Source of the DNA: Phoronis australis
Lineage: Eukaryota > Animalia > Phoronida
Direction: 5' to 3'
NCBI GenBank assembly: GCA_002633005.1
Contig: NMRA01000033.1
Coordinates: 890,611-954,610, forward strand
Length of the DNA: 64,000 nt
Both the position numbers and the translations under genes were made by a program. The notes under the pieces were generated by a model. It saw only the letters and a program-made list of their open reading frames with translations. It was not told where the DNA came from and made no database searches. Below are positions 30,016 to 43,523 of this stretch, piece by piece (within the stretch, counting starts at the first letter, position 1; each line of letters opens with the position of its first letter).

Positions 30016-31927
30016 GCGAACAGGTGTTCGTCCGAGCTACTGTACTGGAATGAACCGGTAATATGAAATATCCGAATATCTATGCGTTTCACGTTGCATA
30101 TGTCTACGGTCCATGAACAATTGCTTTGTGTGTAACTTAAACCCCGATCAGAATGTTTTATTATATGTCAACTGGAACGAACTGAGCTGAGTGTTGTTCG
30201 TAACTTAAATATGCATACATTTAGTCAAATTGTCAACAAAATTCGTAATATACAGCACCCTGTTGGATGTCAAAAGTCTGGTTATCTTGGTAGGATAAAA
30301 CCTTCCTTCTAAAGGACGATATACTAAATGATTAAGTAAAAGTATCCTGACCCAGGGCAACATTCAATGAGGGAGAAATGCCACGCGAAATGGCCCCTGT
30401 GCTCAAATTGTGTCGTTAGACGCAGATGGGCCAAAAACTAACTGGCAGGCCGTGAAGAGTTACGAGTCTCTCAATACAAAATGACCTCCTTACACTGGCA
30501 GTGCTGAAATCACAATGGAGACCCAATATTCAATAGACTTTGATATGGAACTTTACCTAACAATGAAAGGTTCCACAAATTCTCTCATTGGAAGGTTTGG
30601 TAAGGATTTACCGTTTTTTCACCCACCTCAGTGGACTCGCCCACAGCATGGGTCGGAACTACATGTACATGTATTCGATTACCAAGTCCTTGTCAGTCTT
30701 CACTAAGTCAGATAGCGCCATACACAAACGAACCTTCGGTGTAGTGAACCCCCGGAACACTGGACTTTCGGAGTCAAATGACACGCCACCTTCTTGATTC
30801 TGTATTAGATGGCTGGAATCCTACAAATCTATGTTCCAAGACTGAGCACCCATAGAGTTTCACTATTCGTAAAATGTCACTGCGTCTTGTATGGAATAAA
30901 TACGTACAAATAAAAACAAATTGAGGTTAACATTCTCTCTACCATTCGGTATTAATCACTCCAAAACTATGGTTTTAAGATCTTTTGTAAGGTGATAATT
31001 TAAACAAGCCTAATTCAGACCATAATTTTTTTATTCCACTTTAAACCTCATTGAAAATTGTTGAAACTTTCACAGACATGCCTTAGACAATTTTTTTGGG
31101 ATGGAATTATATGTGGAAAGATATTTTCAGATTTTAATGCGGATTAAAACCCTACTTCCGTCAATCAACCTTTGATTTAGACTACTTACCGTTAAGAAAA
31201 CTTGTCTCGGGAACTGCTCCTTAGTCAAAATAGATGTGGGTTTTTGGGTTGTGAGACAACAAACACTTCTTTAGTAGAGTCTACTGCTCGAGACCAGGCT
31301 CTGCACGATGGCTTGTCACGTGGTGTCATTTTAATTCACCTACTGAGGTCACGAGGTGTGCGAAAAAGTCCTCAGAGAAACAAAAATCCGAAAAGTAGAA
31401 AAAGAGACAGAAGTCCACTAAAAAGGCAGGAACTACCAAAATTAGGCGAATGCACAATTCATAAACTTGAAATCTTGCTTAATCTCGTGAACTTGGAATA
31501 GAAAATTCATTAGGGAAATGAGATGAACTTTTTGTTCAGTTTTGTCATGATTGGCCTTACGATCACTCATTTCTCCTTGTCAGCAGCTTCTGTCAAAGAC
31601 TCGATTGGAGGAATATGTGAACGGTAAAATATCGCCAATAGTTGGACAATTTTTGGTTGAAATTTACTTTATTTTAGTGCAGTGCAAATTTTTATCAACG
31701 TGAACGTGATTATTTGAGTGAACGTGTCAAATTTCCAAGTGTATTCACGCAAAGGTATCTTGAGATTAAAGCAGGATATTTCAAGTTCATGCACTATAAA
31801 TCGGCCTGGTATTCATCAGTCGTGTCGTGGAGTCAAACGTTGGTTGAACGCTACATTCCGTTATTGCAAACAATTACAATATGAAGCTTTGTCATTAGGA
31901 GGTAAGTATGCGTAAGTCCGGACTATG

Positions 31928-32022
31928 CATGGGCGGCGCACCATACGTGGTTGGGTGGGGGGGGNGGGGGGGGGGGGGTGAGCTATAGGCCTTCCACTTA
32001 TTTCAGTGCTGCGCCGTACATG
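31928..32022. mobile_element. ~95 bp MITE with 5-bp direct flanks
   Basis: TIRs catgggcggcgca / tgcgccgtacatg, flanked on both sides by ctatg (31923-31927 and 32023-32027). A related copy lies at 33273-33344. Confidence 0.7.
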
Positions 32023-33272
32023 CTATGATTTTCGTGAGCTATATTTTGAATGAAGTTTCTGATGCAAATAAAAATAGTCGTCCACTCAATATTTGCTAGA
32101 AATATTGGCCATTTTTAACGTTCGAATTTCGTCCCCCAAGTGGCTTCAGAGATAATTGGTTATAAGGGTTGCTGTACAAATGTATATTAAGCTGTAGTGG
32201 GCCATTCTTTTCACACACTTACTTGACTGACACAACCCGCTGGAAACCAAACTATTGAGCGTGCTGTTGTAATTAGTTGTTACAGCACATTACCAATTTT
32301 TCGATCAACTCGTTAACTGTTCCAGGCTTGGTTAATAAAGATTGCCGTGCGTAAAGTAAAGTTTACATCGGTAGTGTCAAGTTTGGCCAGCCAAATAAGT
32401 GAGAAATGAAACCGAGACTATCCCAGTGAGGGCATTGTTTGGTATGATTTAATGTGAACTTTGAACTTTGGCTTGAAATGGCAGCCATACGGAGCTTGTG
32501 TGTTAAAATCTTAGGTAATTATTTAGTTTTGAATTTACAAGGTAGTTTGTTTAATCTCACCGGCGAATAAACGCACTCATTGGCTTGCCGCATCAAATTT
32601 TAACCATCTGTTAAAGAGCTGTCGTATCTTGTTGCACTTGATGTATTAATAAAAACCCAACACCTTTTCCAGATTGTCACACTTTATTCACGTAGATCTG
32701 TTACAAATTTTGAAACAATTAAAATCTGAATTTTTTCAACAGAGTTTTAAACAAAAAACCTCAGTAGATGAGTCTGTGATGCTCAAGCTACGCATTTCCT
32801 TCACATTTAAAAGAATTATTACAAATCGTTTCTAACCAAGACAGAATGTGATTTTCAATGAGCCTATCAGGGGATTTTCATGTCAATTTAAAAACACGTC
32901 TTTGAAAGGTCGGCCAAAACTCTAAATTCAACTGGTTCATAGGACTGACGACGGACTTCCAACATTCCTTTGATAGCCAGCGAGATGTCATTCTGAGTTT
33001 CCAATAAACCAAGAAAAAGGTTTGAATTTGATTATTTTAGAATGTGGTGTCGCAGAAATGATTGGCCATATTTATATGAAACATCCGGGCACTATATTTA
33101 TGCACTGTTTCCCAAACCGCTGAGATGTAGGAATGGAAGTTAGTTTTATATCCTAATTAAAAAAGCTAATCAACGTTCAGCGCATGTATACTTTTACTGA
33201 GCTATGTTCCGCAGTTGTCTCACATATTTAATATTTGGATAAGCTTGATTATAAGATGTCTAGTAACCTTGA

Positions 33273-33344
33273 CATGGGCGGCGCATCATGGACGGGGGCT
33301 ATACAGCCTCCACTTATTGCAGCGCTGCGCCGCTCTGGTCCATG
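33273..33344. mobile_element. Second copy of the small catgggcggcgca MITE
   Basis: catgggcggcgcatcat...gctatacagcctccacttattgcagcgctgcgccg...catg aligns with 31928-32022. Confidence 0.65.
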
Positions 33345-33931
33345 GTTAAGTGTGACCCTTGAATGACGACTTGAGAACGACAAATTTCAAGTGGCGACTG
33401 ACGAGTTTTGCTGACGATGACGAGGTCGCTCATATTTGCTAGTTGGATAAGCTTTATGATAAGATTACTAGTAACCTGAGAGTGATCATGTAATATAGAC
33501 TAGGCTGATTGACCACAACACAGACTTTGTTCTCCAGGTCATAAACTGTCACGGTTGTATATTGCCCGGTAAGCTACATGTGAGTGATTTGGATCTTCCC
33601 AGACGTGCTAACTGAGAACATTTCAGAACGACCTGATAAGTGTCCAGTTCTTGATATTAATTAACAATCGTTAGTACGACAAGCGCAGAATTTTTAGAAT
33701 TACAATTCACCTACAATATCAAGTGTCGGTGTGTGCTAGATTGCACATTTAACTCACAACTGCCATTGCTCGGATTATAGTGTCCGAAACGAGTAGCTTT
33801 TATCTAGGACATATCACTCCCAGCTTTTATTTGGTAGCCTGTTATTTCATAGAATCTTCTCTTGATGACTTTATGATTATAAATTTCCTGGTAAAGAAGA
33901 ATTCGGATATGATTTTTCAGATTTCTTCAGA

Positions 33932-36013
33932 ATGGCTGATAACGTTATAACTAAAGGTTTACTGGAAGAAGCGTTCAGAGCGGCTAATGGAGGGAAAGAT
34001 ATCGAAGTGCTGGACTTCACTGTTTCTAAAGCTGCGTCATTTGGTATGATCAACCCCATGTACTACAAGACCACTGATACGTATGTCCTCTGACATAGAT
34101 AGGGCTTAGTTCAATGAACTATTACGGGATTTTTTGCGACTTTAGTGCTCCAGTGGCACGCATGGCTGTATATCCGGTCAAACGTAAGAGGGAGGGCGGT
34201 TGGCTGTACTCCGGCCGCCCGGATGGTGGGCATCGGATGGCTGTGCTACCGTGAGATAACTGGTTGCATTCCACATATAAGCGGACAGTGCTGACCGTAA
34301 CTCAAAAGCAGTGGTGATATTCATGGTTCTATGTTAAATCACTTACTACGTAACCTGCGCTTGCATGACATGAATACTGGGTAAGACAGTCGGTCATTGG
34401 TGCTTGTAGAAAACACTATTTCTCTAGAGTTTATTTGGAGGAAACAATTTCATGCGGCCGATGCAATATGAGTTTAAGCAGTGGAAATGCCAGTCATAGC
34501 CCAGCTCATAGCGCGAGGTTAACTAAGTAGTGTACACCTTTCGGTTTAAAGACTCGGGCCTGGAACGCGAAGAAAGTCTAAATTGCACAATTCAAAGTGG
34601 TTCCCTGCCACTGAAACAGAATTCAGCCATTACACCAGGTATTTTTGGGGTTCGTTCTTAGAAATTTTGAATTTCTCTTGATGTCAAAGCATTTTTCTTT
34701 TCGTTACAAGTTTCAAACAAAAATTAACTGCATGACGTTAACAATGTACTAACGCGAAAGCCAAGAGTACCGATGGTTTGCGTTGCTCCAGTACACAGTA
34801 TGCCGCGTATTAGCACTATACGAACCTTGTGGCTTTAAACAATGTGTAATATGTAGAAATTTCCAGCTTCACGGTTATTTCAGGTGATGGATTCATGACT
34901 TCAATGTATGGCGTCCAAGCCGAGGTGAAAGAGGGTACTGACCGTAAAGTGGTTACAGTGGTTGTCAAAGCTATGCCTAACAACCCTGTAATGCAAACCA
35001 TTGTAAACGACGGAAAGTTATTCAAAAAAGAGCTCGGGTGCTACAAATGTATTATTCCAGCCTTGGTCGACTTTCAACGAGAACGTAATGTGGAGCCGCT
35101 GATGCCATCTGTACCGAAATTTTACGCTGGCCGTGACGACACCAATAACTTCTTAGTTTTGGAAGATTTAAGACCACTGGAGTTTAAGATGGCCAACGTA
35201 AAGGAAGGTCTTGATCTTGATCATTGCTTGCTTGCTGTCAAGGAGCTAGCCAAACTCCATGCCCTCTCATTTGGGTGCAAGAACGGAAACGAGGCCACAT
35301 TTCTCGAAAGGTTTGGCGACTGCTTGTCCGACGTGCTTAAAAACAAATTGTTTATTGATAAATTCCAAGCTCATACCTTCGATGCCTTTCAAAAGGCACT
35401 AGGTGTGGTCAAGTCGTATGGCAACAACACCGGCTTGAAAATTAGAATAAGTGATGCATTTGAAAAGAAGGCTAAAAATCCTTACGCAGCGGCATTAGAT
35501 TGCCTTTCTCAACCCACAGAACCGTACGGCGTCATTTGTCACGGAGATGCATGGTGCAACAATATGATGTTTCGTTATGGTGAAGACGGGCGGCCCGTAG
35601 AGGTAAAATTGCTTGATCTTCAGGTCGTTCGTTATGCCCTTCCGACCACTGATATAGCTTACTTTCTGTTCATGAGTACAACGCAAGAGACTAGGAAAAA
35701 GCATTTCGACAATCTTCTGAAAAGTTACCATTCTGCCTTTTTTGAAGTTTTGGTGCATCTTGGCAAGGACGCTCCTGGATTCACTGTAGATGTTCTAAAG
35801 GACATGTTTCAACGTACAGCATTTTATGGAGTAATGTCAGCGCTTAAAGGTCTTCCAGGCATTTTAGCGGAACACAACGTTCTAAATGAAGTGGAAAAAC
35901 AGGAGTCTTTGGACGAAATTGTGGCCGTTGTTCAAGATAATGCAGTGGGAAATGATTTAGTGAACAAAAGGATTGTTGGAGTCATTGCAGATGCCGTGTC
36001 CATGAACCTTTAA
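33932..36013 (+). CDS. Ecdysteroid kinase-like (EcKL/DUF227) protein 2, ~413 aa
   Basis: Exons 33932-34043 and 34884-36013, with the same intron position as paralog 1. VICHGDAWCNNMMF and DLQ are intact. Confidence 0.93.
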
Positions 36014-37390
36014 AGCATGTTGACGAATGGACAAGGCAGAAGGTGATAAGCGTAATGTTACAGAGTTGAATTGATATTTTGTGCTAAGTTCGAGTGATAA
36101 GCATTGTAATTCTTAGTCACAAGGAACAGTAGCATTGTATTGCTTGTTTGGACTCCGAATCCACGTCGATCACTTGGTCTTCGGACACAGACAGCGAGTC
36201 AGACATTAGATTCGGATTAGACGTGAAAGCCAATGCCGCGGAAGTAGACAGTCGGGTTGAACAATCATGACACGATTGCAGTTAAAACGTTGTAGATGAG
36301 GAGATGAGCCAAGCGATACTTTATACGTACGTCGTTCTCGAAAATAATGCTTGTAATTAGTTTTAAAACTGTGTATTTTTTAGAATGTAAGTGTTTCTGT
36401 ACTCATTCAGATTGTCACTATTGCCACATGCTTTGTAAAATAAAAATACATTTAGCGAATTTTTAAAAATCATTCAAGGTGCGCCTATAACCGGAGCTCT
36501 GCCTGCGCCTACAATTACATGAGGGACACTTGAGTAAAAAATCCTGTGAAAAAAACGCAGTGATCCGCATATAGGTGGATGCGCCTAATTGCGGGGCTAT
36601 ATGGTAGTCTAGTCCATTGTTACTCTCCTGTTTCTGTGTATCATTACTTGTTGTTGAGCCTAGCAAGGTGGCCACTGTTTTTGTTTCTTATGATATTGTT
36701 TTAATAAAAGACGAAACATGTCACGCCGATTTAAATCCATCCATTCCAGTATAATTCAATATGTTGAGTTACCCTAGATCTACAAAATAAGACGGGAAAG
36801 TTGCCACGGTACGGCGACAACAACTGCTTGGAGTCAAATTTGGCTGGAACTTTCCCTCACATCGTCCCGTTGAGACATACCTACAGTTGTCAACAAAGCA
36901 TGTTGAAATTAATATTTTCAACTCATTTTAACTTCTATTAAAATACGTGAATTTTAAGCCAATGAGCAGCTGTACTTTAATTTGAAAGTGTTGACTAGTT
37001 GTGAAATAGGTATAAATAATATCTTGGCAATAAACAACACAAAGAAAATAAAGACTACAAAAGAAAATGACACGGAATTAAATGAATAACATATTATCAA
37101 AAAAGAAGAAAAAACCCAAAAAAGTTAAGCGTAAAAATTAAATCAATTGCTTACTATGGCATTTAAAAATGAAATCACCACGATTTTACAATAATAAACG
37201 TTACAGTGATAATCTAAATTGTGACAACCTTACAATAAAAAGCGAGTTTGTTCATGGTTATTATTAAGCTCGTCATAATGAGACCTGAGCTTATCACTGG
37301 GATGGAGACTGCGAAAGAGGTGTACACGGTCAGCACTACAGACGGGGAATGTTGGGTAGAAGTCAGCATCACCATTAGTTACAAAGCACG

Positions 37391-37414
37391 CATATATATA
37401 TGTATATGTATGTG

Positions 37415-37446
<32 letters not shown>

Positions 37447-37473
37447 TGTATATATATACATATATATATATAT
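37391..37473. repeat. Compound (TA)n/(TATG)n microsatellite
   Basis: catatatatatgtatatgtatgtg...tatgtatgtatg...tatatatata. Confidence 0.95.
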
Positions 37474-39326
37474 GCCTGCCTAAGGAATATCATATTTACC
37501 GTCGGATCTAGGTAACCTCGAAGGGGATTGGGAGCTATCGCAATTTTTGAAGGAAGTGTGCAAATGCCCCCCAAGATGGCACGACGATGGCGCTTTTTAA
37601 TTCGACCTTGTTCAGAGGGGGCCCCAAAACGTCCTTTATAATAATTGCCATAGGCAGATAGGGTTAAAGCATAATCAAAACGGTGTTAAAGTTTGCACAT
37701 TGTACATACATACTTTTTTTCGTTTTTACTATATAGCGAGCTAGAATAGACGAGCTTGTGGAAATCGTAAAAATCGTAAACTTTAGCGTTTGCTCAATTT
37801 CCGCCACCTTGGTTTATTCATTATTAGACAACAACTTATTTTATCAATTTAGATCGACAGCAATGTTTTGACAATTTCTTGAAAGTACATTCAGTAGGTT
37901 TTGTAACTTTCTTGACTTAAATGTATTCGTGATTTCCCAAATTGCGTGTTCTGTGCACCACCGTACGTTGCCAATACCGGAAACAGAGTGACCGCTTCGG
38001 CTCTTTACCCAACCGCCGGGACAACACTAGTGAGGAATTTAATTCCTAGAATTTGGGAATGAAAAATGAGAAAGGCATAAAACCAGATATTAAACAGGAA
38101 GTAAATTGTGGAGCAATTCCTGCTCCGGTTCAGAACGTAAAAATCTGTATTTGTAACATTTGTCCTAAGTACGTGTTTTTGGCATCGTGTTAAAACTCAC
38201 ACGGTGCTTGATCATGTGGAGATAATTTAAGGAAATTGAAAACTTTCGATATCATTGTAATACGTCTAGATGGTTTTACGTTACGCTTTCCAGCTAGGTA
38301 GCGGTAGTACCCAAGGCTGGCTTCCTGAAATGCAAACAAATGACCATTCTATGTTTTGGCCATTAGCCCACAAAATGTTACAAAATTATATAAGAAGTGT
38401 GCTCAAAGGAAGTTTTCGGTGCGAACAGCTCTAAACTAAACAACCATTCCACCCTAAGCCCTTTATTCCAGCAACACTGAAAAAGATATAATGCCTCTTG
38501 GCGCTTTCTGGGTTATTTTTATTCATTGTATTCTGAAGATTTCGTAACAAACATTAATAATTAAAAAGAAACTGAAAAAGAAACGGATCGCAAACTTCAC
38601 GCAACCTCAGCCGCGTAAGTTAGCATTCCAGTTCTACAGTTTTATGCTGTTTGTTAGCCTACAGCCAGTGTCTGACGTATCATAGCTTTTGGGAAATCTT
38701 AGAGGCCGTATCGCACGGGGCATCAGATTACGGGGCAAAACCCCGTTGGCAATGGGGCGGTGCCATAGTGACGAAGGAAACTGTAACAATAGGGCGGATG
38801 CATAAATGGCGGTGACCCGTTTCTCGAAGTTGAATGTGCTGTGTGCTCCCCCAACAAAAGACTTTTCTCAATTTTTTGTTTAAAAAAATGTTGCGTATTC
38901 TACACGTTTTAATCGAATGTTTTTTGTATTACCATTGCATTTCAAATGGTTTCAAATAGAAAGAACTATCGGAGATCAACATTTTAGAGACCATGATGAT
39001 ATCTTACGTATTCAGAAACCATTTCATCCATTCAAAGTGGAGAGTGACATGTTGCACAGTAACGGCTGATGATACGTATGCCTGTTGCCAATACCTAAAA
39101 CGGTTAACGTTCATACAGACAATTTCAAGGCTGATATGAATAATTCATATGATCTTTACTGCAATAGTCTGATTTGTACACCATTTAAAGGTGATTTAGG
39201 TCTTATTCATAAGAGATTCTTCTGAATAAAGGTTTGAAACATCATGAAGCGAGAGGAACTGAAAATTACTTTACTTTCACTTTGAAGATTGTTTTGAAAT
39301 AATTATTTATTTCTTTATTTATTAAC

Positions 39327-42142
39327 GGGCAATTCCGTGAAAAGATCAACCCAGAGACAAAAGATTAAAATTGTGACAATACTTACATTTATAGTCCCAT
39401 TTGAAAGCCCAGTTTCTCTAGTTTCACGACCCATATTTGACTCTCCAATAACTTTTACTTTTTAGTCTGAACCGGCCCACGTTTGGAGGTTACGTGATCC
39501 TGAAAATTAACTCGATTTTCATGTGTGTTGCTAATTTTTGTCATAAATAAGCTAATTATTGGTGTTTCACTAACATTTCAATTTTGGCATATCATCGACG
39601 TCTTGGGGTCAAAGGTCAACTCCTGGATATCATGGTGCTGTACGTCCGCCACAAAAAAGTGCTAAAAAGTTTGGTTACATTAAAAGTTTTCAATCAAAGT
39701 TAAACTAATCTCAGATTCTCTTTGAACTTGTTACTCAATGGTATTGACCAAATTTAAGATCCTAGGGATTATTCGTTAAGTCAGAAATTGTGCGACAGAC
39801 GTACATTAAATTTGTACGTCAGTCACGTACATCCGTCACACCAACAAAATTACAAATTTTCAGCCAATAAAAATAACCTTAGAAGATAAAATGTATCTCA
39901 CACCTAAAAATCAAGTAAAGACGTTGCTAAAGATTAAACTAAATATTCTGGACTTTATCCATTTCAGAAGTATTTTCTGAAAAGTTATAGTTTACAGTTT
40001 CATCTAGTTATTCTTAGTAAAATTTAGCTTGTCAAAAACAGACAGTTGGAACACGATATAAAATGTAAATATAACAAAGCTTTTATTTAATGACCTTATT
40101 GTTTTTAAAGAAATACTTAACTTTTGGAAAATTCAAGACGCAAAAGTATTCATATCAAAGAATTCGTAAGGTGCTTTTTAGTATAAATAACAAGAGACCT
40201 AAAGCAAAGGAATACATGTCAAGTTGCTGCTGCACTGGAATCAACATGTTATTTCTGTGCTGACCTGTTATGCTATGTTTTGTGTTGAAAAAGCCGATGC
40301 TGGGCATTTTTAAGTGGCATCAACCTGTCACCTACTTTATTTTGCATTTTGCCACATCTTCAGACTGTACATGTAGTCACTCTTGATGTGTTTTCAGTGT
40401 CTTGGATGGCTTGTATGAAACAATTACATCGTCTTACCTTACATATTTTTGTGAAAAGAATAACTTTGATCTTGAAATCTTTTTGAGAACGAGACCATTT
40501 TTTCTGCTTTACTTCGAGGAGTATAAATTGTCGTTTAGCAACGAAAAGGGAAATTATTGGATACCACGGGAAGAACACAATGTAACTGCCGGAATGTTCT
40601 CCGAAACTCTAAAAATGCCACCGTGGATCAAGAAATTCATAATTGTACCTGCGTGGACTGTGATGTGACATTACGTAATGCCTCTTTTCAAAATCGAAAA
40701 GAAGACATGGGTCAAAAACCTGGATGAAAAGCTAATCGTGCTAATCACCAAATAAAGACCAGCATCTGATAAGTTTACTCGATCCTCTCATTCCTGAATC
40801 ATAATCCTAAGTGAAATGTAATCTAATGTCTTGTTTTCACAATGGAAGACTGCGCGGTGTTTTGAATCAAAATGTGGATGACATAAGTAGATGCTGTCAA
40901 CCAAACCAAGCTGAATCATTTGTCTACTTCACACTTTGTTACAAGAAGATCCCAAAGTCCTCTTACTAATACTTTGGCTGTACTTCGGGAGCAAGTTTTC
41001 GGATATACAGAATTGATTAAACACGCGACGCTTTTCATTGCTGACAGTTTTTATTACGTTACGTTCACATCTTCGGAACAAAACTCTACTCTCAACTGAA
41101 CGTAAGTAAAGTAACTGACCTAACGACATAATTTAAAGGCGGAATGAAGACTGTCAACAATTAAAAGTGTCGTGTGTTCTATCAATTCTGTATTTTACTA
41201 ATACTTTTAAAACATCACCTTTAGTACGTATTTACATGGGCATATGTCAGAACCATCAACATATAAGTTTGCACAACCTGAGTTCTAACTTAATAAACAA
41301 ACACGGTAGTTAAAATGTCTTTTTATTACGATGATTAGTAATGTTTTAAACTTTATTTCACATTTTATATTTTGACAGTCACATTTACTTAATATAAGTT
41401 TTGAATTGATATTCTACTTAACTCATAAAATCAAGTTTTCCTGATAACCAACAGGTGTCTAATATAAAATGGTTATCACTACCATTCCCATCTATATTGC
41501 TTACCATTTTCAAAGAGCACCGAGGATTTTAGGAGATTGTTTTATATCTTAAATAAAACGTATTGAAAAGTTAAAATACTAGAGTACATTCCCAGCATAA
41601 GCTTACCTGTGGTGATTTCATCAAAAATGTGTATTTTGAATAAAAAACTTTAAATCAGTAGCAAAAACCCACTATAGCTTAAATACTGCAAAATTTGAAT
41701 TACCCTGGATTCATTTGATATCTTAGTCACAACAAACAATTTAATATTTGAAATTCACGTACGTCCGTCATACTCACTCAACTTACATGGAGTTGTCTGA
41801 CAAAAATTTCTTTGAAGATATCATCAAAAAATTAGTGCATTGTGCTTTGCAACCTCTCCACTAAATCATCATGTAAAACAAAAAATGTAACTAAATGCAA
41901 CTTTCAGAAAGTAAATGATAACTGCTTAAAAAATATTCAAGTTTTCTGTGTACGTCCGTCTCACCCCTTTAACGGCAATTTTTTCAGTAAGGTGAAAAAA
42001 TAGAAGAAAAAGTGATACATGCTTTGAACGCTATCAATGAGACCTAACAATTGATGCAGTAATTATTTTCCTAGGATGATTTTTTTTTCTTATTTGATAA
42101 AAATTTTCTCTGATTGTACGTCCGTCACAAATGGAAGTGCCC
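39327..42142. mobile_element. ~2.8 kb non-autonomous or decayed DNA transposon, Sola2-like
   Basis: TIRs gggcaattccgt / atggaagtgccc (10/12 match) with 4-bp flanks taac / taat. The motif gtacgtccgtca(c) recurs near both ends (~39640, 39814, 39827, 41759, 41950, 42116). No intact transposase ORF. Confidence 0.65.
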
Positions 42143-43523
42143 TAATGTAATATTTACAATGAGGGGTAGTCCAATCAGTTCACACTGCTTTCCGAAAAAT
42201 CTCGCACTGACGAACGCAAGTAAAGTTTGAATAAAGACATCAACTTTTCCAAAATGTAGCGACATGATTCAGTGGTAAAGCATCCATCATTGTCAAGCTT
42301 TATACAGAGGATGCCAAGATGGCTACGGGTGCAATACACAGAAAATTCCAAAAAACGCGCGAAAACACCAGAAACATGATTGTCTAGCAATCACCGAATC
42401 CCAATCTTTTATTTGAAATTCATCTTTTCTTGTGTGTCACAATATGATGCATTTTTTTTACAAATTTTATGTATGAATTGCGCTTTTGATTCATGTTTTG
42501 TAACTTATTTTCTATTTCAGGTTATACCATAGCAACGGAATGCGAAGAACCTTGACGATTTTGGATGTGACCGGGCATCCGGAACTATTCTTAAGTTACA
42601 GAGTTATAAGCAACCCTAAGAAAAAGGCTAAACTTTGACAGTTAATTTAACGTAATGTTTCAGAAATGGCTGGTCGTATTTAAATGAAACTTCCATGCAC
42701 TGCATGCATGTACTGTTCTCCAAACCACTGAGAAGTAAATGTAGGAACGGAGAACGATTTTCTGAGAATTATTTAAAAAACTATTTAACGTTCAGAAAAT
42801 GTATACTGAACTATGTTCTACCGTAGTTATCCGTATATTTGATATTTGAATAAGCTTTATTATCTTGAGTGAAACCTTTTAGATAAAGGAGTCGGAATTC
42901 GCCTTGTCGATTACAACACGTACTTTGTTCCCCAGGGTCATATACTGTGTCACGGCTTGCATATTGCCGTAAAGTCATAGCTTAAAATATTACGCAGAAA
43001 ATTAAAATATTTCTGACGCAACACTTGAAAGAAAATTCACCCCTTTGTTTGCATTTCGGATATCACCCTCGTGTTTAATCCTTAGTCACTCGGGGCAACC
43101 AGCACATGTTCAAGTACCTGCTCGAGTTTACTTGAAGCTGATATTCGTTTTCATATCGCACTCGAGTGAAGAACACGTGGTGGAATAGGCTAGTTAGTTT
43201 TTTGATCGTTTTCGTGATATCTATATATTTCTGCAGAACAACCGGTTTCAGCTCAGTAGACCTACTTGAGGAACATTAACTGACAATGGTTGATAGTACA
43301 AGTGGAGAATTTTTAAAATAAGAATTCACGGGGAGTGTGAAGAATTTGATGGCAGATGCTGGACTATACTGTCATTACTCCGACTATAGTGTCCAAAACG
43401 AGTATCTTTTACTTAGCAGTGTGTTATTTCATAGATTCGCCATTTTTATGGTTTTACGTTTTGATTTCTTGGTAAAAACTATTTTGACATTTTACGACAT
43501 GGCTATTTACAGATTCACTTAGA

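Noticed and set aside
37230-37574. 114-aa and 87-aa ORFs
   Set aside because: Artefacts of the (TA)/(TATG) microsatellite.
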